Assembly: GCA_951406725.2 (NCBI GenBank)
Contig: OX597815.1
Coordinates: forward strand, 68,820,001 to 68,884,000
Reading direction: 5' to 3'
Origin: Octopus vulgaris
Lineage: Eukaryota
DNA: 64,000 bases
In this document: positions 1 to 12,890 of the stretch, piece after piece
Layout of the letters: each line of letters begins with the position of its first letter
How positions within the stretch are numbered: the first letter of the stretch is position 1
The notes under the pieces: model-generated
Databases searched by the model: none
Seen by the model: the letters and a program-made list of their open reading frames with translations, nothing else
Told to the model about the DNA's origin: nothing
Translations under genes and position numbers: made by a program

Positions 1-1436
1 GGTGTTAGGAAGGGTATCCAGCCATAGAAAACCATGCTAAATCAGACTGGAGTCTGGTGCAGCCTTCCAGCTTACCAGCCCAGGTCAAACCGTCTAACCC
101 ATGCCAGCAAGGACAACGCACATTAAATGATGATATATATATATACTGGCTGAATTACCTGGTATTACTCGGAAAAGCAGGTGTTATTTCCAGTTCCCCT
201 TCCCATAACACTATTTCATGTCCTATCCTATTCCGTGTTCAGTTCCCATTTTAGTTCCATTCCCATTCCTATGTCATTATATAAATTTTAGAATCAGTTA
301 GGTGTAATTAAGCCACAAAAGTAGTGACAGATAGTTATAGGCCGTCACACACACACACACACATACACACACAAATTTACAAACATACACAGGTAATCGC
401 AAGTTTAAAATGGTGTGTAGTAGATGTATCTTTGTATGTAATATGTATATATGTATGTGTGTATATATATATGTATATATTGTGTGTCTGTGAATGTTTC
501 TTTGCGATGGACAGAAGAAAAGCCACCTATCACCTTTCTCTTTAAAGCTACGTATTCTTCATATCTACCTTTCTGTGTGTGTTGTATCTATATATTTATG
601 AAAGTATGTATGCAGCATCGCATGTATATGACAGCTATAGTAATGTTATCATCCCATTATCACTGCTGTTCTCACCTTCATTAATAGAAGTCACCCTCTC
701 TTTCAGACTTATAATTTTGTAGTCTTTTCATTTTATCGTATAAATTGCCCAACACCCCTGAAGGGCACATTATAGATTTTTATTGAAATCCAATTAGCCT
801 ATTATTGAACTGGATGTTAGTGTAACATATGCAAAGTGTCATGAATATTGGTTCAGTAGTTTAGGCACTAAGTTGGTAACAGAGAGACAGATAGACAGAC
901 AGACAGAAATTGCCATTTACATATATATATAGATGTTTATGTGTGTGTATTATATGTTTGTATATATATATATATATGTGTGTGTGTGTGCGCGCGTGTT
1001 TGTGTGCATGTGTGTGTGTGGTGGGAATATATGTGTATCTCTTATTATAATCTGCCTCCCTTTGTCTCTTATAGAAATCTACAATATAGGATTTCTTCAA
1101 TTACAATTTACCTAGCATTTTTAAGAGTAGAATGCATCGGGTCTTGCCAGGTCCACTTTTTAAAATTTCAACCCCAATTAAGCAAAATTTAGAGAAAACT
1201 CACATTGTGGTGTATAAGTCAAATGCTCTTCTTAGTGTGGGCTACAGCACACGCACATGCACACACACAGTGTGCAACGAATAAAGTGAAAGTAATTCAC
1301 TTTTTGTAGTGAGTGACTCTTTCACTCTGCCACTTCCTCTTTACACACATAGACACACAAATATATAAATAAAATTGTAAGCTAACGTGTGTGTGTGTGT
1401 GTGTGAGGGTGTGTGCGTGTGCGTGAGTGTGTGACA

Positions 1437-1950
1437 GGAAAGTTTTTTAGGACGAATATAAGACCTATATCCAAGTAGCAGAAAGATCGCCCAAAAGTGT
1501 ATATAGATATTTAAATGTATTTATATATTCATCTATACACAGATGTATGTATAATGTGTGTGTATATATTTCCATAGACGTAACCATTCACTCTGCACAA
1601 AGTTTTTTAGGACGAAAATAAGATCTAAAGTTATCTCTAAGTAGCACAAAGATCGCCCAAAAGTGTATATAGATATATAAAAGTATTTATATATTCATCT
1701 ATGCACACATGTATGTATAACTTGTGTGTATATATTTCCATAGAGGTAACCATTCACTCCATACAAAGTTTTTTAGGATGAAAATAAGATCTAAAGTTAT
1801 CTCTAAGAAACAGAAAGATCGCCCAAAAGTGTATATAGATATTTAAATGTATTTATATATTCATCTATACACACATGTATGTATAATGTGCGTGTATATA
1901 TTTCCATAGAGGTAACCATTCAATCCATACAAAGTTTTTTAGGACGAAAA
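1437..1950. repeat. ~166-bp tandem repeat, 3 copies plus a partial copy
   Basis: Anchor AGTTTTTTAGGA(C/T)GAA at 1441, 1601, 1767 and 1933. Each unit also contains AAGATCGCCCAAAAGTGTATATAGATAT. Confidence 0.9.
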
Positions 1951-1951
1951 T

Positions 1952-2708
1952 ATTTATATATAAAAGAAAAGTTGTGTGTCTGTCTACTCCGGGTATTAGC
2001 GTGCGTCTACGATGAGTCTATGATTTTACAAATAATTTACCATCATTTTTTTCCATTTTAATGCATATTTTTTTTAATAAAGGGAAGTAACTCTCAAACT
2101 TCACACCAATATGCGTGCTCATATGTGATGTAATATCACATCAGCAGCATTTCCTCACACCCTCCTTGCACTTGGCAAAGGCAAAATACCAGGGGATGAA
2201 AATGGTAATATTACCATCGATTCCATTTGTACCATTGTTAAGGCGCCTTCTGATCTCAGAGATGCAGTGTTCCCAGATCTACAAGCTAATTATCAGAATA
2301 TGGATTGGATTGGCAAAAAGGCTATACTGGCCCCGAGGAATAAAACTGTTCACCATATTAATGATGAAATGCTAAAACTCATTCCTGGGGAAGTCTATGT
2401 ATATCAATCTATCGATACAACTCCTGACCCAGAGGATGTCATCAACTATCCAATAGAGGTACTCAATTCCTTTGAGCACCCCGGACTACCACCACACTTT
2501 CTCAAACTTAAAGTTGGTGCCCCTATAATGCTCATCAGAAATTTGGTTCCCCCAAAACAATGCAATGGCACACGTTTGATCGTTAAGTCCTTATCTCCCA
2601 CCGTAAACTTATATCAATATTTGCCTGAATAATCATCATAATTCAGTGCAATCATTAACAGTACTTTCAAGCAATTCAGCCCCGAGCAACGCCAGGCAAT
2701 TCTGCTAG
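1952..2708 (+). mobile_element. Internally deleted Helitron (may extend further 5')
   Basis: 5' (T)TATATATAAAAG..GTTGTGTGTCTGTC start, a PIF1 helicase remnant, a 3' GC hairpin GCCCCGAGCAACGCCAGGC, then CTAG (2705-2708) followed by T. Confidence 0.8.
2195..2632 (+). pseudogene. Helitron RepHel PIF1-helicase fragment
   Basis: Translation contains AILAPRNKTVHHIN, YQSID, YPIEVLNS and GLPPHFLKLKVGAPIMLIRNL..CNGTRL, which are typical Helitron PIF1 helicase motifs. Truncated at both ends. Confidence 0.9.
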
Positions 2709-3424
2709 TATATATATAAAACTGAGAGTTGGTATGTAAGTTCTTACCCTTAAGTTGGCCCCCAACACTTGAAAATTGTATCAAGAATGTCATGAAGTTT
2801 GTGATAGTTCAATGATTTATCATTTTTAAATTAAATGTTTCATTTGGTTTTTTTTATAAAATTTTTTCACTCCATGTTGGCACCATCATTGTCATTTCAT
2901 ATCCACTTTCTATGCTGGAATGAGTTGGACAAGTTGTCACATAGTCTGAATCAGTTTTATTTATAGTTACTAAACAGATCAGTCCTTTCATTGTTGACAT
3001 ATTTTCTTCCATGTGTCCCATTCACTTTTAGCATTCAACACTTCCTTTACTCATCTGTTATCCTCCATATTACATCACATCTCCATATCAATGCAGTCTT
3101 CTCTCTTATTATATTTAATTCTTCTTATATCCATTTTTCTCTCATTTCTATTGGTTCCACTTCACTTCTACAACTGAAGTAGCCATGTATCTCCTTTACT
3201 GTAAGGCACATATTTTTGTCTCTCTTTTCATATTCTGATTATCAGGCACACAGCCATGTTCTGCAATACTACCCTCCACTCAGTTGAGGGGTCTTGTCTT
3301 GCAAGTTACTTAGTGACCGCATTACTGCTGATAACATGTAACACTGTGTAAGGTGGTTGGCTTTAGAAAGGCTATCCAGTTGTAGAAACCATGTCAAAGC
3401 AGACAGTAGAGCTTGGTGTCATGT

Positions 3425-3590
3425 CTGCTAAGTTCACCATCATCAATTCACCATTTTTTTCAATGAAATAGTTTTTAACTATTAATGGTGAGATGCTATG
3501 GATATATTTTTTTCGGTAAAGTTTCCTTGTAGTGAACTTTCTTCATGGTAGATTGATGGTGGTGAACTTTCCTTGCGGTGAACTTACCTG
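3425..3590. mobile_element. Small MITE-like fold-back inserted in a SINE
   Basis: AAGTTCACCATCATCAATTCACC on the left is complementary to the reiterated GGTAGATTGATGGTGGTGAACTT/GGTGAACTT on the right. SINE sequence resumes at about 3595. Confidence 0.45.
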
Positions 3591-5149
3591 TAATTGCTTG
3601 GCACAGCCTTTTGACTTGCCAGATTTTGTCAAACCATCTGACTCATACCAGCATGGAAAGAGGATGTTGAATGATGATGTTCATACACATTAACATTTCA
3701 AATCCAGCAAAGCATGCTTGCTTCATTTCTTTTTAGTTTTCCCCAAACCCTCTGCATTTCTTGGCACAAATCTCACTACCATGCAACATTGCACTTCACA
3801 CATGTGCATCATATAATCTCCCCTTCACAATTTATTATATTTTAATTATATAAATGACTGATCTGTTTAGTAACTATAAATGCTAGATTTGAAAAAAAAA
3901 AGCATAAGAAAAATAAAACTTTGATTATATTAAATATTAAATTTAATACAATCTTTTTTTTATATAAATTTACATGCTACAAGTAGCAACTTCAGCAGTA
4001 GAAAGTCAAATGTATAGGAGCCAACTAGGGAGCCTTTGTATGGTTGCTAGAAATAGAAGCCAAATCTTCCTCAAGCCATATCTTAATATCTTAAAAAAAT
4101 TACACATTAGAAAACCTAGTACAGACTACCCTATTCATCATCATCACCATTATCATCTTTTTTTGTTTGCTTTCCATGTTGGTATGAGTTGAATGGAACA
4201 TTTTTACTCTCATAGATGTGTTAGAGGATCACATCTTATAAATTTCATTTTTGACAAGATTTCTATGGCTAGATGCCCTTCCTGATACCAACCACTGTAC
4301 AGAGTGTACTGGGTACTTTTTATCAAGTACCTGTGTGAGTGAATATAGAGATGAGCAAGTGATGGCTAGAAAGAGGTAGATAAATGTCAAATACTAAACA
4401 GCCACTGAAGTGTATGAAGCCTATTGAGTATATACACAAGAAGATAAAGAGAGAGCTAAAGTGATAAGGATGAGAAAGAAAGAGGTAGAATGTTGGCAAG
4501 AAGATCAGAGAGATCCCATGGTATCCATAGTTATACTGAAAGCAATGTACAGTGATCAGAAGAGAAATTCTGCCACATCTAGTCACATTTGAAGCCAAGT
4601 ACAGTGAAGATAGAGGATGCATGTGCCTTAGTGGTTAGAGTGCTGGACTCGTGTGGACCAGGTGATGCAATGTGTTCTTGAGCAAAACACTTCATTTCAC
4701 ATTCCTCCTGTCCACTAGACTGACAAAAATGAGTAATCCTGCAATAGACTAGTCTAGAGAAGAATATTTATGCCACAGGAACTGGGAAGCCAACTTTATG
4801 AGTCTATATTATTCAGGAAGGAGCTACAGTGATGATAAGAAAACAGAATAATTGAGAGATGAGCAAAAGGAAAATGAAATTTGGCGGCATGAGGAATAAG
4901 GGTAATAGTCATGAGTGATGTTGGCTTGGGAGACTGACAGGTGAGTGATAAAAGAGGTCTAATGATAAATGTTTTAGATACATGAAAGATTATACACATG
5001 CATATATACATATATACCTGACCAGTCTCAGCACTAATTTGGTGCTTATCTATTCTACATTTATACTAGCATCTTCACAACCATTATTTGTACCTATGTA
5101 AAAATAACTATTCCACATACATAGGAATAAATATATATATAATAACAAC

Positions 5150-6686
5150 AAATGAATGATTTATATGGTACTGTTATAATGTTTCATTAATAGTTCTTAT
5201 TTTGGCATCATATGTACAGTTGTAAGACGTGCAATGTGTATATAATTATGCAATACATTACATTTAGGCTCTCAAATCTTCAGGCTAAATCATATACAGG
5301 TCAATAATCAATATACAGTCAGATTAGCAAGTCCAATAACATACAATTAAAACAATAAATGGGGTATATGGTATTGCAACAATTTAGCATTAAGAAATTT
5401 TATTGTGATGAAACATTGCTAATACAGTTATGTAATACATGCAACATGTTACATTTAGGCTCTTAAATCTTAGGGCTAAACCATATGCATGTTGATAATC
5501 GATATGTTGTCAGATTAGTGGATCCAAAAGCATATAACAAAAAGGGTTGAATGAATTATATAATATCACTGCAATGCTTCATTAAGAGATTTTATTGTGA
5601 TGTAATATCGTACACGTAATTATGTAAGGCATGCAACATCTATAAGATTATACAATATGTTGCATTTAGGCTCTCAGATCTTTGGGCAATACTATATGCA
5701 GGTCAATAATCGATCTGCTGTCAGATAAGTCATCCAACAACATAAATTAAGAAAACAAATGATGGTATCGCTGCAATATTTCATTAAAAGACATTATTAT
5801 GTTGTAACATCATATATGCTATTATGTAAGACAAGCAGCAATTACAATACTATGTAATATGTTACATTTAGGCTCTCAAATCTTCAGGCTATACCATATG
5901 TAGATCAATAATTGATTTGCTTTCAGATTAGCAAGTCCAACAGTTTAATATAAGTAGACGAATGGATTATATGGTATTGCCACAATGTTTCATTAAGAGA
6001 ATTTACTGTGATGTGACATGGTACATGCAATTATGTAAGACATGCAACATCTATAAGATACTCTCTCTCCTCGTTCTTGTTAACTCTTTCCCTTTCTCTC
6101 CCTCTCCTCTCTATTTCTCTGTTTCTCTGGCTTGGTAACCACATACCTCTTCAGCAAGACACCTGTTTCTGCCTCTCTGTTACACTCTAACCTTTCATCA
6201 TCTGGCACAAGATTGCCTGCTCCAAAGCTCCCTCCCCTCTCAATGATTTGTCTTGCAAGCTACTTGGTTACCCTGCCAGTGCTGATGCCATGTAAAAAGC
6301 AGCCAGTCCACACTGTAAAGTGGTTGGCATTTGGAAGGGCATCCAGCTGTAAAAACCATGACAAAACTGACCTCACATGTGCTGGTGCCATGTAAAAAAC
6401 ACTCAGTCCACTCTGCAGGGTGGTTGGTGTTAGGAAGGGCATCCAGCTTTAAAAACCATACTAAAACAGATACATAAGTCTGGTGCAGTCTTCTGGCTAG
6501 CCAGCTTCTGTGAAACCATCCAACCCATGCCAGCATGGAAAGAAGCAGACATTAAACGATGATGAAGATGATGATGTTACATTTAGGCTCCCATATCCTT
6601 AGACTAACCCATATGCAGTCAATAATTGATATGTAATCTTTATAATCTGACAACATATAGAATATTGGCTTACACATGGTTTAGCC
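5150..6686. repeat. Degenerate ~200-bp tandem array with an inverted terminal copy, interrupted by a SINE and the hAT element
   Basis: Anchor CATTTAGGCT at 5261, 5452, 5663, 5865 and 6580. Segments 6640-6686 and 9618-9760 together read as the reverse complement of the unit. Confidence 0.85.
6130..6575 (+). mobile_element. SINE family D (GGAAGGGCATCCAGCTG core, (GAT)n tail), representative copy
   Basis: Core TTAGGAAGGGCATCCAGCTGTA..AACC and 3' CCAACCCATGCCAGCATGGAAA..ATTAAACGATGATG. Other copies lie near 1-135, 4130-4330(-), 19487-19595(-), 19791-20160, 26660-26900, 35990-36185(-), 41750-41915(-), 42660-42815, 45625-45950(-), 49498-49635, 58145-58355(-) and 62515-62700(-). Confidence 0.8.
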
Positions 6687-9609
6687 CAGGGATGGGCGAA
6701 CTTTTTTGATCGCGGGCCGCACAGTGCGTCTTTGGAACCTTGGCGGGCCTCATTTATAAAAATCAAGTGAAAATATTTTTAAAGGCAGTTATAGACCTAT
6801 AAACACACAATTGATTGAAAGGAAATTTTGTGAAATATTCCTGGTTTAAGTGATTTAATTTATTTTTTAGAGTATCGGGTTCATGTTTTTCGGTTATTTG
6901 TTCCTATAGTTGAAATTATTACAGGAACCTCGGTTATTTTGGACAGCCTGTTATTGCTTACAAATTGCCAGGAACGGAATTTTCCTAGTAAAATCTGCAC
7001 TAATTGTGGACAACCACCTCTTAATATTATGGACAACCATGATGAATATTATACTTAAATTCTAGGATACCCAAAATAAAAGATTTTAAAGAGAAATAAC
7101 AGTTTATTAATATGAATTGATATCTGAAATTAGAAACGTCACCTGAAGCATTTATTTGAAAAACAAAGCGGCTCTGTAAATAACAATGTCAATGAGAATG
7201 ATGCAGTTGACTACTGTCATTTACCAGTTTGTCAAAATTAGGTGTCAAGTTGCTTGTGCTGATTCTTAACACTGACTGAAGATTTGAGTCTGTGAGAAGT
7301 GATCGATTCTTCCCCTTGTTAATTTTCATGATGGAGAAAGTCTGTTCACATATGTAAGTTGATGCAAACAACACAAACATCTTTCTTGCAAATTTTTTTA
7401 GATTTTGAAACGTTTTTGAATGTAGAGAAGCATAAAACTCGACCAGTGGTTTACTTTCAAACATCATCTTTAAAGAATTGTTGGCTTGCAAATGAATCAG
7501 TTCTATCTGCAGTTCCTCGGTAGTTGTTTCAATGTCACAGGCAAGAGGTGAGTTAAGCAAATCGAACAGGCCTTCAACTGCCTTGAAATCAGCAAATCTT
7601 CTAATGAATTCCTTTTGTAAAGCCATCAACTGGGAACTGTACTTGTCCGATGATTCTTGTGTAACAGACTGTGTTTTCAGTAGAGGGAAGTGAATAAATT
7701 TTTGCTCATTCAGCTGCTTGGCAAAAAGTCCAAGCTTCCATTGAAAAGCTTTCACTTCCAGGTACAATTCATGAGCAAATATACCTTTGCCTTGCAGTTT
7801 TGTGTTAAGTTCATTCAGCTTCTGCATTATGTCCACAGCAAATGCAAAATCACAAACCCATTCGTCACTCTCCATTTCGTTTAAAAAGTCACAGGAGATG
7901 TCGCATTTTGAGAAACATAAGAATCTCTGCTTTGAGGTCCCATACTCTCTTAAGAACTTTTCCAATGCTTAACCAGCGGACATTTGTGTAGTACAGCACA
8001 TCAGTAAAATCAGCCTCCACATCCTCCAAGAAACTTCGGAATTGCCTGTGTTTCAATCCCTGTGATCTTATTAAATTCACTGCACGCACCACAGGTTCGA
8101 TGACATGTTTGAGTTTTAAAGATGACTTACAAAGGCTTTCTTGATGTATGATGCAGTGAAAAGACAACACACTGTGTAGTGGAAAATCTTCTTTGATTTT
8201 GTCATTCAACAACTTCACAAGGCCGGAATGTTTACCAGTGAGCGAAGGAGCTCCATCGGTTGTAATGCTGGCCAGTTTATTTAGGGTTAATCCAGACCTG
8301 ATTGAACTGTTAATGACACTGTTGAACAAATCTTTTCCAGTAGTAGTGTCTTTGAGAGACTCCATAGATAATAATTCCTCTGTAATTTCAAAGTTTTCTT
8401 CAATTCCTCTGATGTAAATGAGTAACTGAGCAGTATCCTGAATATCAGTACTCTCATCTAAAGCAATAGAAAACCACTGAAATCGACCACTGGCTGTTAA
8501 CAGCTGTTCATGAATATTCACGGCAATTGCATCAATGCGACGAACAATAGTTCTTTGTGACAGGGAAATGGCTTCTACTTTTGACTTAACTTCAGGACAC
8601 ACAACGCTGACAGCATCAACCATACAATCTTTGATAAATTCTGCTTCTGCGAATGACTTGTTTTGCTTTGCAATTTTGTTGGCCAATATAAAACTTGCCT
8701 TTGTCGCGTTCCTTTGTAAAGAGGAAGTTTTATCAAACACATTTTGCTGTTGCTTCAAACGTTTTGTCAGATCATTTGCTTTCTTTTGCAGTTCTTGTTT
8801 TGATAAATTGTGTCCAAAATTGGCGTGCTTCGTTTGAAAGTGGCGTTTCAAATTATATTCCTTGAACACAGCAACTGTTTCAGAACAAATCAAACATGCA
8901 GCTTTCACTCCAACGTCGGTAAAGAAATACTTTTCAGTCCAATTTTCATTAAAAACACGACATTCCTCTTCAATTTTTCGCTTTTTAGATAGCTTCAAAC
9001 AACTCATTTTGGGTAAATTTTATCAGACAACAAAAGCTAGTTTGAAACACTTGTGTCTGTACTAAATTCAAATAATCGATAGAGTGAATGATAACCAACC
9101 ACAGCTCTGTGTCCAGAAAAAGCTGGTTCAAGCCCTTTTATTAACCTGGCCGGCTTCTTCATTGGAACGAAACGCATCGTCCATCATGCCCTCTTCACCA
9201 TCTATCACGTGATTTATTTATTTGAATGTTTCAAGCATATCGATTGACTCGTTGTATTGCCACAATACTTGTTTTATTGTTCTATTAATTTTTGAGTTTG
9301 TAGGGTCTGACGAGAAAACACAGAAAAGATATCTTCACCCGGAAATGTGTTTTATTATGATGTCATGGGAATATTTCTCGAAATTTTTCATCGCTTCACA
9401 GTAGCTGAAACAAACAAACAGCGGACAATTTTGTGAAGGCGCAAAACAGTGAACTGAAATAAAATGCAAACTATTGTGAATTACCGTACAACTGAAACAG
9501 TTACGAAGTATCTGCATAGAAGTTGGGATTCATAAAAGCTCTCGGTGGGCTGCATGAAAACCTATGGCGGGCCGCATGCGGCCCGCGGGCCGTAGTTTGC
9601 CCACCCCTG
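6687..9609 (-). mobile_element. Full-length hAT DNA transposon (Buster/Charlie/SPIN-like), 2,923 bp
   Basis: TIRs CAGGGATGGGCGAACT (6687-6702) and CAGGGGTGGGCAAACT (reverse complement of 9594-9609) match at 14/16. Perfect 8-bp TSD GTTTAGCC at 6679-6686 and 9610-9617, with the central TA of Buster-type NNNTANNN sites. GC-rich GCGGGCC subterminal repeats at both ends. Confidence 0.97.
7189..9007 (-). pseudogene. hAT transposase (GTF2IRD2/SPIN-like, ~605 aa) with one frameshift near 7903
   Basis: ORF 7889-9007 has KKRK NLS, BED-type finger CLIC..NLKRHFQTKH, ALDESTD, TTDGA, HCIIH and VRWLS. ORF 7189-7965 continues WVCDFAFAVDI and the dimerisation region FASTYICEQTFS..RSLLTD. The frames join at ..FLKM/DISCDFL. 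Confidence 0.93.
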
Positions 9610-9957
9610 GTTTAGCCTAATGATTTGACAACCCAAATGTAATATATTGCATAATCTTATAGATGTTGTATGTCTTACATAACTGCATGTATGATGTTAC
9701 ATCACCAAATCTCCTAATGAAACATTGTAGTGATACCTTATAATTCTTTTGTCTAGTTTTATTATGATATACACCATACTTAAAGATCTGCTCAATTTTA
9801 GATACTCTTGGATTTGTAGATTACCAAACACCAGTTATATTCCCTTCATTGATGATCCCTTTGTTAATGGAATGTATTGTTGATATCTGTTGATTTGTGT
9901 CATATTGTCCAGCCATCAATTGTGATGTGCTTCACTTTGATATGCCTCGGTCTTTAG

Positions 9958-10173
9958 CCCTTTAACATTCAGATTAATCTATCAAATGCAATACTTATTT
10001 ATTTACATTGTTTTGAATTAATCATACATTATCCTGCAGCTTTGAGATTTTGATGTGATTGTTTATTTTTATAATGACATTGTTGTGTAGGTCTGAAAGG
10101 TCAAGTCTGGTCAGTTTGAACATAAAACAGGTAGAATATTAGGCTGGACATGGCCGGTTTGAATGCTAAAGTG
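9958..10173 (+). mobile_element. piggyBac-like MITE (CCCTTTAGCATT-type ends), degenerate copy
   Basis: Same internal sequence as 30914-31124. Ends CCCTTTAACATTC and GAATGCTAAAGTG followed by TTAA. Confidence 0.6.
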
Positions 10174-10350
10174 TTAAATGGATCTCCTTTAATCAAATAT
10201 GTATTTACAAATAGTGAGTGAGTGACTGTATGTTTGTTTGTTTGTTTGTTTGGTTGGTTGGTTGGTTTTTCTAGCATTTCTAGGTTTTCATGCAAATATG
10301 TGGTTACATAGCCTAATGTTTCAGTAATGATAGGTACAAATGAAAATGTA

Positions 10351-10383
<33 letters not shown>

Positions 10384-11079
10384 TGTGTATGTGTATGTGT
10401 GTGTAAGTATGTATGTATGAGTGTGAATTTAATGGTATAAGAAGAAAAGCAGACAAAATATAGGTAATCACACCAACAAAGTATGAAATAAATAGAGCAT
10501 AGAGTTTTACGGATCTGAAAAATTTAGTCTGAGTTACCATCTGTTGCAGTTTGTAGTTTTGTGGAATAAATTATAGTTTTGTTATATATATAATTAGACA
10601 GTAACTGGCGTTGCTAGTTAAGTTAGTACTAACATATTTGATTTAGTGAATGTTAAAAGGATAACTAGAAATAATTATGCTGTGAAGGAAGCCAGTATTA
10701 GGTATGGACATGTTTTGGTATTATTCTAGCCTCATCAGTAAAGCACAGACTTCACCATGCTTGGTGAAGTACAGATGAAAGACTAAAACATGTTCATAGT
10801 TATCTGTTGTATTTGCTGAAATAATTATAATCATTATTATTTTAATTGTTTCAGTCTCCTCTTAAGTAGCATCAATACTACAATAAAATGCACCCGGTGT
10901 ATTCTGTAAAGTTGTTGTCAAATCAAGCAAAGACAAAATAAGGCTAAAAGAAGTTTTTAGTCTTGTTGAAGGCATAGATACCTCTCTAGTGCTGGTGCAA
11001 TGGAAAAATGTATTAAGTACATTGTGTAATGTGGTTAGTGTTAGAAAGGACATCCAGCTGTAGAAACTGAGATGTTTGA

Positions 11080-12890
11080 GAAAGACACAATACCCTGGCC
11101 TGACTGTGCAGTCTGTATGCAGGGTATTCCAGCAACTTAAAAATCAACTTTTCAATGGTTTAAACCCGTGTTGAATGGTGAATGAGGGAGTTTGATACTG
11201 CTGCCCTCATCTGTGTTTCCTGCCACGAGGTTGGCTCATCTGGAATCATTGACAAGAGGAGGTCTAGTTGTTTTGAAGACACCCATATCCACACCATGCA
11301 GTTCTCTGAGGCTTTTTGGAAGGATATGAAAGAGCTGTGGGCTTGTGGTGATGTTGGGATATTTGGTAATATGCAGTGGTGCCCCATTCTGCCATTTATG
11401 TAACTTACAATGCCATAGTTTTTCCAAATGTATATAACTGCATATCTTTTCTGCCTTCATTCCTAGGAAGTAGAGTCTTAACTTTTACAGTAGCTGATAT
11501 GTATTGAGATGATTTTCTTTGTGTAGCTTCAAGTTATGCTGTTAATTTTATACTGTGTGGTGACCATAGGACATATGTCCCCCAGAGGACCACCATGGTT
11601 TCCTGTTCTCTCATTCTGAAAGATTCAACAAGCCAGCTGTTTGCATTTTATTGCCAACTTAGTAATATGCACCTGGAAAGATGCATCATTACTCATGTCA
11701 ATATCCAGGTTGCACATTGATTTTGATTCAGAGATTGCAACCCTTTCTGGGACAGAATATCCTGTCTGCATTTCATTTTGAGATTTGTGTGCTTGTAGTA
11801 CAGGGCTTGGAATTTTCCAACATTAAACTGCATGTTATTGTCCTCAGCTCATCTGTATATTGGGTCCAACTCCCATTGCAATTTGTGCAATATTTCCAGG
11901 ATTCTATATTCTCAGAGATTTTTGTATCATTTGCAGTTAGTAAGGGTGGCTATCTGAGCAGCTTAGGACATTTCTGAGAGGCCATTACAAATAGCAGTGA
12001 CCCTAAGACAATGTCCTGTGGAACACCACTCATTATTTGTGTTTCCTTAGAAGTGGCTCCATTGGTCACCACTGCTTAACTTCTATCTTTTAAAAAGTCA
12101 TCTAGCTACTCTCCAAGTATTCTGACTATGCCATGTTCATGTAACTTGTGATATATTATATCATGGTCTATCAAAGGCTTTTGCAAAGTCAAGGTATATT
12201 GACTTCAAGGAATGCAATTAGTTTCCTGGAGGCTATTTGTTCCATGACTTTGCTGGTGTGTTAGGTCAGAGAGATTGTCCTATAACTTTTAGCATCTTCT
12301 CTGCTTCCTCATTTATGGACAGGGCATATTATTCCCTCCTTCAATTTACCTGGGAGCTTACCACTTGCAAGGAAGATCTGAAAAAGAAGCTGCAGTGATT
12401 TTTGAACTGTTTGTTCAGCATTTTACTTATCATCATTGGGTTTCTTATGAGAGAGCTGTCCTTTAGGAGGAAGAGTCCTATCTTGTAACATACCAAGGCC
12501 ATTCTTTGGCAAAGTTAAAGAAAGCTTTTCGGTTTGATTTAATATTTTTTATAACCTAAATATCCTTGTCTACTCTCTCTTTTTCATAGGATTGATGCTG
12601 ACTTTTCCCAATCTCCAATGGTGTTGTTTTCAAGTGGAACTTTTCACAGCTTTTGAGATGTTTGTTCAGGTGGTTTGCAGTCTCTGTTTGTCATCTTATA
12701 AGAATTTTCTTCTCCCTAAGGATCTTGTTCTTGTGTGTGTTGGCACTATGTTCTATGACAAATTTGTCACATATGGTTAGCATTATGGACATTATTTGTA
12801 TATCATATGCTCTGTTTAGTTGGAATATAATTTGCTCCATGAATGAAGCATTGGTAAGGTTCTTGTTGGCTGTGTCATTCCTTAGAGTAT
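11080..12890 (-). mobile_element. Highly decayed CR1/L2-type LINE reverse-transcriptase remnant
   Basis: The minus strand encodes YLDFAKAFD (~12170-12200) and IMSGVPQDIVLG (~12000-12035), RT motifs, among many stops and frameshifts. Boundaries are approximate. Confidence 0.7.

Noticed and set aside
324-1192. Cluster of 60-83-aa ORFs rich in Y/I/C/V/H/T
   Set aside because: They are translations of (TA)n, (TG)n and (CA)n microsatellites. The same applies to ORFs at 17.9-19.6, 20.7-21.4, 40.5-41.0, 45.9-46.3, 54.3-54.7 and 56.1-56.7 kb.
6900-7045. TACAGGAACCTCGGTTATTTTGGACA.. inside the hAT, resembling a pogo/Tigger end
   Set aside because: No matching second TIR or TA duplication was found, so it cannot be separated from the hAT's own untranslated region.
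7189-9007. Calling the transposase a domesticated GTF2IRD2/ZBED-type host gene
   Set aside because: Intact TIRs and TSD plus a frameshift indicate a transposon copy, not a domesticated gene.
7690-9065. Several + strand ORFs (60-100 aa) over the transposon
   Set aside because: Antisense shadows of the transposase with no recognisable motifs.
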